This document shows positions 26,961-39,800 of a stretch of 64,000 nucleotides of DNA, one piece after another. Both the position numbers and the translations under genes were made by a program. The stretch comes from Octopus vulgaris (lineage: Eukaryota), in contig OX597831.1 of the NCBI GenBank assembly GCA_951406725.2, positions 10,912,001-10,976,000 of the forward strand, read 5' to 3'. Under the pieces are notes generated by a model, which was not told the DNA's origin, did not search any database, and saw only the letters and a list, made by a program, of their open reading frames with translations. Position 1 is the stretch's first letter, and every line of letters starts with the position of its first letter.

Positions 26961-27656
26961 TAAGGGGTTACCCCAGATACAACACCAGCTCTGACTTGAT
27001 TGCCAACTAAGTTTTTGAATCGCCAAGTTCCTCCTGTGTAACTTGCCACAGGCCTGCCGCGGACGCAGAGGTTACACCGTCCTGTGCAGGGTAGGGGTGG
27101 CCCTAATTCCCTGCGGTGTTCACATGAATTACGCTATCTGATTTGTCCTTCATCTGAGATGTTAGGTGTGATTTGAAAGAAGTGTAACTACTCTTTCTAT
27201 CATGCCGAATGACTTCACAGAGTGTCCATTGCTCATTTGTAATCTACTTCCGTGGACAGCCTCAGCGTATGAAAACCCAAGATCGTTGCTTTGCTCTTAC
27301 ATCTGTAGCCACGTTCTTGTTTTCATCACTAGCTAAGCTATGTTCTCTAGCCACAGGATCCAAGATGGATGGGTTGGTGGCCAGGCTGTGGTTGCTACTT
27401 CTGTTGTTGCTGTTGTTGCTGTTGTTGTAGTTGTGTTTATTCTTGTCTTTGTCTCGACATCCTTCTATCGCCATTGTCAGTTATTGCCTTAACTGTTAAA
27501 TTATTATTATGCGTAAAATTCTGCAGAGGTCGACTTTGTCTTTCATCGTGTCTGGGTCGGTGAATTAAATACCAGTTATGTACTGGGGTCGATGTGATCG
27601 ATTGTCGGACTCCCCCAAATTCCAGGCTTTGTGCCTATAGTAGAAAGGATTATTAT

Positions 27657-28023
27657 TATTACTTCCACTTTAGCGAAGGCGGGGGTATTGTTTTCAGTCG
27701 TGTCTGTTTGTCCCTGGACAAGATATCTCAAGAACCGCTGGATGGATTCGGATGAAACTTCCAGGGATGATTGGCCTCATGACTGGCACGAACTGATTAG
27801 ACTTTGGGATCGATCCTGTACTGAACAAGTATTCTGGATTATTTTTCTGTTTTCTTTTTTTACTTAATTTTTGTGAGCAGTCGGGGTCATTTTTACTATT
27901 CTTGTTTGTGAGAACAGTCGAGTTTATTTCCGATATTCTCATTTCAAAAATCATCTCTGGCTAATCGTTGAGAGAACGTTGGTGTTGCCTTGGCGGAGGT
28001 TTGGCGCTCTCTGAGTGCTCTTG

Positions 28024-28025
<2 letters not shown>
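27657..28025 (+). mobile_element. Non-autonomous Helentron/DINE-1-like element
   Basis: 5' tacttccac..., internal gtctgtttgtcc, 3' subterminal ggcggaggt, then hairpin gcgctc-tct-gagtgc and cttgtt end. Confidence 0.6.
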
Positions 28026-28088
<63 letters not shown>

Positions 28089-28645
28089 GAGTGAGAGAGC
28101 AATGCATGCCATCAAAGTGACACTGGGGTAAAATATACGAAGCCCAGTATACCCATCATGACTACCCGTCTGATAAGGGTACACCAGGCACATGCATTAC
28201 AACCATATGTGCGCGACATGGTGATCTCATATCAAGATAAACAGCGCATGAACTTGCAGGTGGAGCCCAGTTACAATTTTCATCAGGTCGAGTAACCCAT
28301 CCTGTTCAAAAGGTCCCTGAATAAGGGTTGCTTTAGGATGTTGAACGGAAACACCCATGTTTCCAGAGATGAATTATTCAAACACCAAAGAATCCTTCTC
28401 AACACATGGCTATGATGCTCCCCCACTACTTCTGCTCGTGATCAGAGATGCACATATCGTCAGCCACTAAGGGACATGCTCAACTGGTTAAGGTCAAACA
28501 ACTGACAAGCAAATCTGTGGTATTGAGCAGAATATTTGCTGTAGCCCATCTTTTATACCAAGACAAAACAATGTACATGATAACACTTCTAATCAGTTAA
28601 GATCAGAAGCCATGAGAGCCACTGCCTGGTGCTGCATCAGGGCAT
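28089..28645. mobile_element. ~555 bp non-coding interspersed element embedded in (ATT)n, copy 1
   Basis: Colinear and highly similar to 29491-30036; (ATT)n on both sides. Confidence 0.85.
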
Positions 28646-28667
28646 CATTATTATTATTATTATTATG

Positions 28668-28699
<32 letters not shown>

Positions 28700-28722
28700 G
28701 ATTATTATTATTATTATTATTA

Positions 28723-28792
<70 letters not shown>

Positions 28793-29451
28793 TATTATTA
28801 TTACTATAATTATTATTATGAAATCATTCAAGAAATGTGAAATTTGGAATGCACAAGATAGTAAAGGAGAAGAATATCTGTGATAACGATGCCGACAACA
28901 ACAACGAGGAAGCTGGGGATGATAGCCCTGATCGTGATGATGATGATGATGATGACAACAAAGAGGAGGAGGATGAAGCAGTAAATTATGTACAGCCTAT
29001 AATTACGGACAGAAATAATGACGAGAATCGGCAAGATGATATCATCTCCTAATAATGAAGGTTGCTTCAGTTTCGAAGATGATAAAGAGGATTTTAATGA
29101 ACGTTTTGTGCTTTCAGTGTTCCAGTTACACCGTGTTATCCGAATTGGGAAGCATGTTCAATTTAAAGTTGAGTTTTGCATGCACAAATGAAGCTTACGC
29201 GTTCATTTTTCATTTTCGGCCGTATTTCTCATTTTTGATTTAATAATCATAATTTTAAATTACATTGAAATACCTAATTAGTCACAGAATCTCAGCAACG
29301 AGAGTGGCTTCGACGATGATAGTCGTTTGACTACGATGGGAACGAGTAAAATGGCAAATATAAATATTCATGAGCCACGGAGTCATCAGTACTTATTCGG
29401 ACGCGTGTCGATGTTGCTAATATTATTATTATTATTATTATTATTATTATG

Positions 29452-29490
<39 letters not shown>

Positions 29491-30034
29491 GAGTGAGAGA
29501 GCAGTGCATGCAATCAAAGTCACACTGGGGTAAAATATACGAAGCCTAATATGTCCATCATGATTACCCGTCTGATAAGGGTATACTAGGTACATGCATC
29601 ACAACCAAGGTGATCTCATATCAAGATAAACAGTGCATGACCTTGCAGGTGGGCCCAATTAGAATTTTCTTCAGGTCGAGTAAACCCTACGGCGTAAAAA
29701 AGGTCCCTGAATAAGGATTGTTTAAGGATGTTGAACAAACCACCCATGATTCCAAATGTGAATTATCCAAAGAATTCTAAGAATTCTTTTCAACACACAG
29801 CTATTTTGCTCCCCCACTACTTCTGCTCATGATCAGAGATGCACATATCGTCAGCCACTAGGGGACATGGTCAACTGGTTAAGGTCAAACAACTGACAAG
29901 CAAATCTGTGGTATTGAGCAGAATATTTGTTGTAGCACATCTTTTATACCAAGACAAAACAATGTGCATGATAACACTTCCAATCAGTTAAGACCAGAAT
30001 CCATGAGAGCCACTGTCTGGTACTGCATCAGGGC

Positions 30035-30036
<2 letters not shown>
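29491..30036. mobile_element. ~545 bp non-coding element embedded in (ATT)n, copy 2
   Basis: Same ends (gagtgagagagc...gcatcagggcat) and same flanking repeat as copy 1. Confidence 0.85.
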
Positions 30037-30101
<65 letters not shown>

Positions 30102-30129
30102 TACTACTAAAAATTATTATTAAAAAAGA

Positions 30130-30346
30130 AGGCGGCGAGCTGGCAGAAACGTTAGCACGCTGGACGAAATGCATAGCGGTATTTCGCCCGTTGCTACGTT
30201 CTGAGTTCAAATTCCTCTGGGATTGACTTTGCCTTTCATCCTTTCGGGGACAATAAACTAAGTACCAGTTCCACACTGGGGCCGATGTAATCGACTGGTC
30301 CCCTCCCACCTAAAATTTCAGGCCTTGTGTCTATGATAGAAATGAT
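30130..30346 (+). mobile_element. SINE family A, tail B
   Basis: Head ggcggcgagctggcagaaacg; tail ggccttgtgtctatgatagaaa. Confidence 0.85.
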
Positions 30347-30454
30347 TATTGTTATTGCTTTACTTCTCAGAGCACTCGGTCTTACTTGTACTGGTTGATT
30401 TTGTGAGAGGACAGCAACCTGTTACCAGAGGTCTCACAGGGTTTCCTTCCGCAA

Positions 30455-30491
<37 letters not shown>

Positions 30492-30495
30492 GTAT

Positions 30496-30533
<38 letters not shown>

Positions 30534-30921
30534 TAACAGTTTCAAATTTTGATACCAAGCCGACAATTTTTGTGAGGAGATGGTTCATTAATTACATCGG
30601 CCTTTGTACTCAACTGTTACATGTTTCTCTTGTCATCCAACCTGTCTTTATTGTCGCCGTATAGCAGCTGAGTACAGACTGTTGGATATTTTGTGTTGCG
30701 TCAGACAACATGAAGAAGAGAAATAGGACCAAAATCTCTTATATGATTTACCATGTAGTTTTCAGATAGGAACAATTTGCCTGGTATCATTTACTTTCGG
30801 TATTTCAGGAAAACAGTCTCGCAGCGACCCCAACTTGCCTGTTATGGTAACGTTTCTCGGTTTGCAGCATACGATTTTATTGTAGGACCAATTAAAGGAT
30901 TTGTTTCAATTGAGGTATTCA

Positions 30922-31345
30922 CAGGCGCAGGAGTGGCTGTGTGGTATATAGCTTGCTTACCAACCACATGGTTCCGGGTTCAGTCCCACTGCGTGGCATC
31001 TTGGGCAAGTGTCTTCTGCTATAGCCCCGGGCCGACCAATGCCTTGTGAGTGGATTTGGTAGACGGAAACTGAAAGAAGCCTGTCGCATATATGTATATA
31101 CATATATATATGTATGTGTGTGTGTGTGTTTGTGTGTCTGTGTCTGTGTTTGTCTCCCTAGCATTGCTTGACAACCGATGCTGGTGTGTTTACGTCCCCG
31201 TCACTTAGCGGTTCGGCAAAAGTAACCGATAGAATAAGTACTGGGCTTACAAAGAATAAGTCCCGGGGTCGATGTGCTCGACTAAAGGCGGTGCTCCAGC
31301 ATGCCCGCAGTCAAATGACTGAAACACGTAAAAGAGTAAAAGAGA
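30922..31345 (+). mobile_element. SINE family B, full length
   Basis: A-box tggctgtgtgg, B-box gggttcagtccc, CORE-like atcttgggcaagtgtctt, internal (TA/TG)n, tail ggcggtgctccagcatg...cagtcaaatgactgaaac. Confidence 0.9.
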
Positions 31346-31399
31346 AAAGAGAGAGAGTGAAATATAATCCCTATATTGTCCTTCAGTATATGGCTGTAT

Positions 31400-34300
31400 T
31401 GTTATCGAAGTTGTCCAGAAATTTCTTCCAAGCTGATGCCATGTTTGAAATCGTTAAAAATCTACTATTTGTCAAATAGTCTGATTCATATTTGTCAAAT
31501 AGTCTGATTCGTTTTTGCATATAATTGGGTCCCAGTGCTATTGAAGAGTTCGTGATACAAGCCTCTCGAACCCGTAGAACCATGTTTACGGATCAATGCT
31601 GCTCATACGTTTATTTTTTCTTCAGCAGCTCTGTTCTTGGAGCACTTTCAAGGGACTGCCAATGTTATCTTTCCAGGCTTTTAGCAATAATAACAAGAAG
31701 TTCATTCATTCTTCAAACAATGTACGAGTCATGGTAGGTAACTGATTCAATTATGTATGAATATAATGTGTAAAGTTTCTCTGAGATGTCGTTCGTCTGG
31801 TTGAATATACCTAAGGATTCAATACGCGCTCTTTATTTAGTAGAAAAACACGAAACAGGAAAGCGAACAAATGGCAATTCCGTAAGGAATCGCCCGTATA
31901 AGTGCTATCTTGACCCAGAAGCTGATCGATATATTTTTTTACAAATCTTGAGTCTCATGTGGAAGAAACCTTCGGATTTTACTTTATTCGCTTAACTGCC
32001 GAGAATTTACTGTCTTTGATCATTCTTCTTCATTGGAGCATTTCAGTGCAGCTTAAATGGTTTTTCTATTAATGTTCTTATTCTGGGTTTTTTTTCTGTT
32101 TTTGTTTTGTTTTTGTTTTTGCTCTTGAAAGAAGTAGGAACTGGATTATTGAAGTGTTTAGTATCATTCGAATGTTTCCTGGTGAAGAATCTCTTGTCTC
32201 TGAAATTAATGATTTTTGGATGTCTTTTAATGCTTGAAAGGAACCTAAGATTTAACACTTCAGTATTTCTCTGTAGAGGAATTCTGTTATGTTTTCGCAA
32301 CTGACTTTTCGAAAGTATTTTTTTATTTTTTGCAGCTGGGTATCAATAAATTCTCAATCAATTTTGAAAAGTCAATTTCCAGAAATAGAAATGTCTGCAT
32401 TTTGTCTTTCATGGTGGGGAAATTAGTTCAGTATCGTTCGTGTTGAAGTGTTTAATCCTCTGGGCTTATAAGGGGAAGTTTGCAAGGCCTTCGCAGGGTT
32501 GATGGCATTCATGTTCCTCTAGGATCTTTATAAATCAATACCTGCGGGAAAGACATTGAGCTGGAAGGGACTTCAGAAGGATCCTGTTCTGAGAAGGAAA
32601 TGCTAAATGTTGGGATTAATGTCTGATATGGATGGACACAAGAAGGGTGATGAGAAGAGAAGGAAGATCAAACACACGTGGGTGGGAGTGGTTGAGAAAA
32701 CATGGTACGTTCCCAGCGAGCTTTTCCAATGAGGAGAATCGCTGAAAGCATCGGGGACTACATACCATTGTTTGGTCAGTAAAAGACGTGGTTATGTCTT
32801 TGAAAGGTGATTTTTTTCCTTTTTCATAAATAAATTCACAAAAATGACAATTGAATTTTTCTTTTTAATCTCTCATACTCCATTATGGTAGGTGGGCTTT
32901 CATGTAGCCGACACCATTTCAACAGTTTTATGTTCTTTGCGAAGCCCTCCATGAATTTGTCGTAACTCTCCCCAGGTACCAAAATACCACCGACAGCCAA
33001 ACTCTTACCAGTCCCTTCATTTTCGCTATTCTTCCCTCTGTGTACGTTCCCAGCCAGCTCTTCTAATGAATAGAATCCCTGAAAGCATCGGGGACTATAT
33101 ACCATTGTTTGGTCTGTAAAAGAAGTGGTTATGTCTTTGATAGGTGTGGGTGTGTCGCTTTTGTCTGTCATATCTGTGGTTATGTCTTTGATAGGCGTGG
33201 TTATGTCACTATTGTCTGTCAATTGTGTGGCGTCGGTGAATTTGCTTGCAGGTGGAGGAATGTAGATATATTTCTTTTATTCTTTTACCTGTTTCAGTCA
33301 TTTTGACTGTAACTATGCTGGAACTTCGTTTTTTAGTCAAAGAAATAGACCCCTGGACTTATTCGTTATACGCCTAGTACCTAGAACTTATTCTATCGAT
33401 CTCTTTTGCCGAACAGCTAGTTTAAGAGGACTTAAACACACCAACATTGGTTGTGAAGAGACGGTGGTGGGACAAACGCAGACACGCAAACATATACGTA
33501 ATTACGGCGGGCTTCTTTCAGTTTCCGCCTACCAAATCCGCTCACCAGGTTTTGATCGACCCGAGGCTATAGTAGGAGACACATGACTAAGGTGTCACGC
33601 AGCGGGACTGAACCAGGACCATTTGATTGGGAAGCTAGCTTCTTACCACACAGCCACGCCTGGATATTTTGAAGATGGCTTGGCTCGCATTAATTAGAAT
33701 CCATATTTCCAAACTATGTAAATGTTGAAAATATTCTAAAGACCTTTCTATTACCAGGAGATTCAGGTCACTTCAGGAGGATAATTTCAACACATGTATC
33801 AACTCCTCCGGGTACATTTTGTATATATTTACCAAAGATTTATTAAAGCAATTGCGGGGAGCTAAGTATGGAAGTCAATCGATAAAATACTGTTTCTGAT
33901 GTTCAGTATGATGTGGTCGATTTGTTACCAAGATCAACAAGAGCGGGGCAGTGATGTCTTCTCTGGCATACACACACAGTCCACAGTTGTTTATTCTTAT
34001 ATTTTACTGGAGGGGTAACAGTACGACTTTCTGTTCTGGATACTGTCTGATACCTAGCATATGTTCTTCAACGTCTCGCAGTTCTGTCACAAGTTGTGTT
34101 TCTTTAAACACAATTTCGATATGGTTTGTTCTGGTTAGATCTTTCAAGGAAGGACTTTAGTTCGATTATTATTGTTGGTGGTACTTGTAGACTTCTCGAA
34201 CATTCTACAGAATTATAGAAACGAAGTTGATTTTTGTGACGCATGCTGCGGCTATTTCTGCAGCGTTCTGCGTTGAAGGGGTGAATTTCTTGCGATACCT
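31400..34300 (-). mobile_element. Possible highly decayed LINE (RT-like and ORF1-like fragments)
   Basis: Only weak broken motifs (ITLAV, PY..PRNCFN) and the Thr/Asp-rich repeat ORF 32836-33222; interrupted by a SINE B. Confidence 0.25.
33270..33662 (-). mobile_element. SINE family B, older copy
   Basis: Reverse complement of head, body and tail. Confidence 0.8.
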
Positions 34301-34639
34301 GTTACAGTAACTCCACCTGTTGTTCCAGGACAATTTATTTATGGCACTTATTTATTTTAAGTATTTGTGGTAGCTGCAAAAGACGGTGTTTAGAATAGCA
34401 TGTGTCACGTTTTCTTATCTCAGGGGAAGATATTGGGAAAGGAATAAAAAGGCACTGAGAGAACAAAAGTGGAATAGTGTATGTGTGTATGCGTGTAACT
34501 GTCTATATGTGCATGTGTGCTTGTGTGTATGTGTGTGTGTATGAAAGAGAGAGAGAGAGAAACAAAGAAAGCGGGAAGGAGTTAAGTTTCGCTCTAAAGC
34601 AATTCGTGTTAAACAACTTCCGGTTGGTTGAAATATGCA

Positions 34640-34729
34640 GTGGAGCAGAGCAGCAGCCATTTTAGCAGCCAAGCTCCGATCGGGCTCTTCGTACATAGAC
34701 AGACACATATTTGTGTATGTGTGTGTAAC

Positions 34730-34762
<33 letters not shown>

Positions 34763-34955
34763 CTTGTGTACAAGCCAAATTTTACTTTATGTGTGTGCGT
34801 GTAAGTGCAAGTATATATATATATTATATATATATTATATATATATATATTATATATACATATATTATATATTATATATTATATATTTCTCCCACACTCT
34901 ACATGCATGTATGTGCCACACACATACACACACACACATACGCTTATATATATAT

Positions 34956-35008
<53 letters not shown>

Positions 35009-35310
35009 CATATATATGGCGCTGCGCATTAGTGTATGTAATGGAATGTATATATTTGGTGTGTATTCGTGTAGTTGTGTGTTTGTGATGGCTTATCTGG
35101 CTCCGTATGGGGAGCTTTAAGTATCATAGTTGTATAATTGTAGCTGCGTGTGGTGGTGTATTTGCAATGCCGTATAAGGAATTGCATAAGCAGTGATGTT
35201 TGTGACGCCATTTTCTATAAATGCTCCGCTAGCGTGTTTGTTAACATGGCCGCTTAAAACGACTACAGAGTACTTGAGTGTTTTGCGTCAGTCACATGTA
35301 TTGGCGAAGA
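34640..35310. promoter_or_regulatory. Candidate promoter/enhancer with clustered YY1-like motifs
   Basis: CAGCCATTTT 34654, ATATGGCG 35014, CGCCATTTT 35206, TATAAA 35216, AACATGGCCGC 35243, TGCGTCA 35284, GTCACATG 35291, ATTGG 35300. Confidence 0.35.
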
Positions 35311-35356
35311 TCAACCGTTTATGATAGCTTGATGGGTTGGGCTATTAGTGGGAAGT

Positions 35357-35860
<504 letters not shown>

Positions 35861-36349
35861 ATGAAAAATTTCGATTTGAAAATGTTGAAGGTATGTAAGA
35901 TATGAGGGTGACAATAAAGAAGTGAAAACACAACTTTCAAAATTTCAGCAGTCGAGGTCCTAGGTCACGAAGACATTGCTCCACTGACAACGGCAGAAAA
36001 GAAACAAATATTATCAAAAGAAAAAATTATGGTCGATCCGAACAGAAAAAATGAGTTTTACAGAGCGATAAGAAACAAAAGGAAACCACAATGATTAAGA
36101 TAAACTTGAACACGAAATATGAAGAAGCAGGCAGAAATTCACCCCGTCGTTTTTAACGGGTACTGCACTAACTTCTAGTAAATAGACAAATTATTAGATA
36201 CGATCTTCCTATGTCCAAAATCAAGTTGCAAAATCTTAATATTAAATATTAATAATTATCATTATTACAAAGTTAAGCAACAAATAAAACAAAGAAAATT
36301 ACCATAAACTGCACATATGTATGTATATGTGTATACATACATACATACA

Positions 36350-36387
<38 letters not shown>

Positions 36388-36779
36388 TTCTTAATTTCAC
36401 AAGATATATGACAAAAGAATTTCTCAATAATGTATGAAATAAGAAAATGGCAGCATAAACAAAATATTTTTGTACAGAAACACAAAATATATAGAAATAT
36501 ATTAAGACTATAAAGAATGAAAACTAAGATATTTTAAAATAATATTAGATATTTTATGAGCAGAATTAAACATTGAAACAAGTTACATAAAGAAACTCGT
36601 AAACATAAACTGAATTTAAGAAATTTATATATATATATATATATCCGTGCTATTTCTAATAAACTTCGGATTAATAATATTATACTATATTTGAAATGCA
36701 ATATATTTCATTTCATTACATGTAGAATATTTCAATGCAGCTACATTATAATAGTTAACACGACTGCGTTTATCATCAT

Positions 36780-36851
<72 letters not shown>

Positions 36852-39800
36852 TAATAATCAAATACCACAAAGTATATTGTCTAACACGCTGATCAGTTAC
36901 AAATTTACTGATTAGGATATAAAGACAAAGCAAAAGAACTCCCGCTCGGACTTGGTTATATTATCATTTCCCAAGGGTCAAAAAGCGAGGATGAATTCGG
37001 CTAGATTTGATCTTAGTGTGTGAAGATCACAATGAATATTGCAAACTATTTTATGCAACCTCCTATCAAACGAAATTTGCCAATGCATTACCTGCTTCGA
37101 CTATGGAGAGCATTACTATAAATACATAAGTATTTGCTATATAATCACTTTTCAATTCGGAGAAGCGGGGTGTAATTATATGCTATTTAATTCAACTGTT
37201 GTTATAGAGTTGTTTAGAACTCCACTTTGATGAAGGTTTGAAGACAGTCCAACATGCCTTCAAACCATAATTTCATTATCCACTGGAATCCTGTCATGTC
37301 GTTTCTAAGACCGAAAACAAAGGCGTCCAAATTAAAAGCAATAAGGTTTGTACTTCAAAAGTGGTGAATAATTCCTCATTACCATACAATGGTACATAAC
37401 ACAACAGAATGGCAGATAATATGCTGGTCGATGCTTGACTAACAAGACCAAGTTCATATACTACCCGGTAAAAGTAAACAATGCTTTGTTATTCACTGTA
37501 CTTTTAACACTACTTGTAAAGGTAAGGCCTAAATATAAAAGCTCACACTATATATATATATATGAATGTATAGTCACACATTTATAAACCAATATTGCAA
37601 TTCTTATGCATGTATGTATACATATTTTACATATGTGTGTGTGTGTGTGTGTGTGTGCATAATGTATTTCTAATATAATGAATAATATATATTTAGAATA
37701 TATGTGATACATACGTAATATGTATGTATCATTGGACGTATTTCACATACAGGTGTAAAGATACATGTATATATATTTACACACACACACACACACACAC
37801 AGGTAAAAGTCGAAGGTCTGGAAGCAGTTGTCAGTCGTTAGACGCTTTATCTTCGCGCTTCGAAGAAATTCACATCAGCATGGAAGCTGACCTCTATCGC
37901 AATAAATATTTTTACTTGTCTGTCCAAACCAATGATATCTAAGCATGTTATGCTTACACTTGACAAATGTTTTGATCGCAACGTTCCGATAGTATTCCTT
38001 GCGGCGTTGATGCATATAACTATATTCAATAAGAGAGGGATTCTCTATATTTATTCCAGGGCAGACTTTCCTCCGAATGGCATCGTAAACTGTTTTGGGG
38101 ACAACGTCGTGTCACACAGAAAAGTAATACTTTGATGATATTTTGGGGGCAGCTGCGAATCATATGTGTGATGAATCCCATCGAAACATAATCTACATTT
38201 TCGGTTGCATCTTAGGGCTCAAAGGGTTCCACTTTCTCTTTTGTTGATTATTTTGAAACCATCTTCTGTCCTTGGTTTGCAAATGCACAGACTTCAAAAT
38301 GTCATGTAGTTGCACTTCAAGTCTTCAGGTAACATGTCAATGTATAGTCTTTTTATTGGTAAGCTGAGTGCTTCACCTCCAGGTCTTCTTTGAGGTTCGT
38401 TAATCCAAATGTTTTGAGATTGTATGGAAGTTCGTCAGGGAGAGAATGTTTCCCGATTTCCGATGCGTAGGACACTATTTTCTTACGTAGCCATTGATTT
38501 CTTGTATCAGAAATGATAATGGGTTTAATGCTAAAACAGACGCTAACAGGAGGAGTATAACATTGGAATATTCCCTTTGAAATAATTCTACCATCAGAGA
38601 CAATAGTTTCGCTCTCAGTTAACAGTGTGAAAATTGTTGCTTAGGCCTTTGTGAATCTTTCAATTGCAGCAGTTAATGTAGCGGGTACTTTTGTCACATG
38701 TACACACTTCAGCAGCCATGCGTTGGGATAGAGACGGATGACTTTCTTATAATCAAGCCATAATACCATAAGGTGTCCTGTGGTTTTTGTCTTACTTCAG
38801 ACAGGTGCTTAGCGCATCCCCACACTCGTTTCCGTTCACCTTCCTGCTCATCAACCCCTATGCTGTTGAACCCCAGTTCAATTTCACCGCGCGGAACCTT
38901 GGTCATGTCTCTTCTCTTATAGCCACTGACCTAGCAATATCATATGAGTGAGTCTGGTACGTGGAAACTATATGGAAGCCCATCAAGGGCATATGTGAGT
39001 GCCTGTGTTTATCCCCAACATCTTCATCTTGAAATCCGGTGCAAGTCTGCCTTATTCCCGTGAAAGCGTGGTTCTACTAAAAGAGACCGATAGAAATAAA
39101 TACCAGACTTTTAAAATATATAAATAATGGGATACATTTGTTCGACTACAAATTATTCAAGGCGGTGCTCCAGCATGGCCGCAGTCCAATGACTGAAACA
39201 AATAAAAGGTACAGAACATTGTTTCCAGAGTTGCTTGGTTGAAACTAGAAAGGTACTGATGACAATGATGGCTTGGCAGACAGACCTTTTCAGAAGGGGA
39301 AAAATTAGGTTTCTCCATTTTTCCCGCTGAAAAAGCCTTCCTGCCAAGACTCCTACCCAGGTTGTCAACGAACAAACTTTATTCTTTCGCTTTTAATATG
39401 TTTATTAAAACTCTCTCGACACTTGGACATTTCTAACTGAATGAATTTGCTTTTTTTCCATTTTACTTTCTATTTTTTTTTTCTTTTCAAACAAGCAAGT
39501 ATTGGAAAAGTGCCGAACTTTTCGCTTTGCGATTAGGGTTGGCCGTTTTTTAATGTTATTATTTTCAGTTTTTGATTCTGTTAATTACATTCTGTGAAAG
39601 CATTACACATCACAGGGAAATATTTTTTAACAAAACAACTATTAGCGCTGAACTATGTCCTAACTCATGGTCATCATCATTAAACATCATGGTTTTTTTT
39701 TTGTATTACTGTTGTCATCATTATCATCAGTTTCTCCGTGTTGATCTCTGCACAACATGGCCGCCTTTTTCTATTTCAACCGACTCACTTAGTGCTTTTG

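Noticed and set aside
28837-29052. Acidic 71 aa ORF
   Set aside because: Derived from degenerate GAT/AAC/GAG triplet repeats; no domain or splice support.
37850-38400. Possible Helitron Pif1 helicase relic (MPFGGK on the minus strand)
   Set aside because: One short motif with weak context; too decayed to call.
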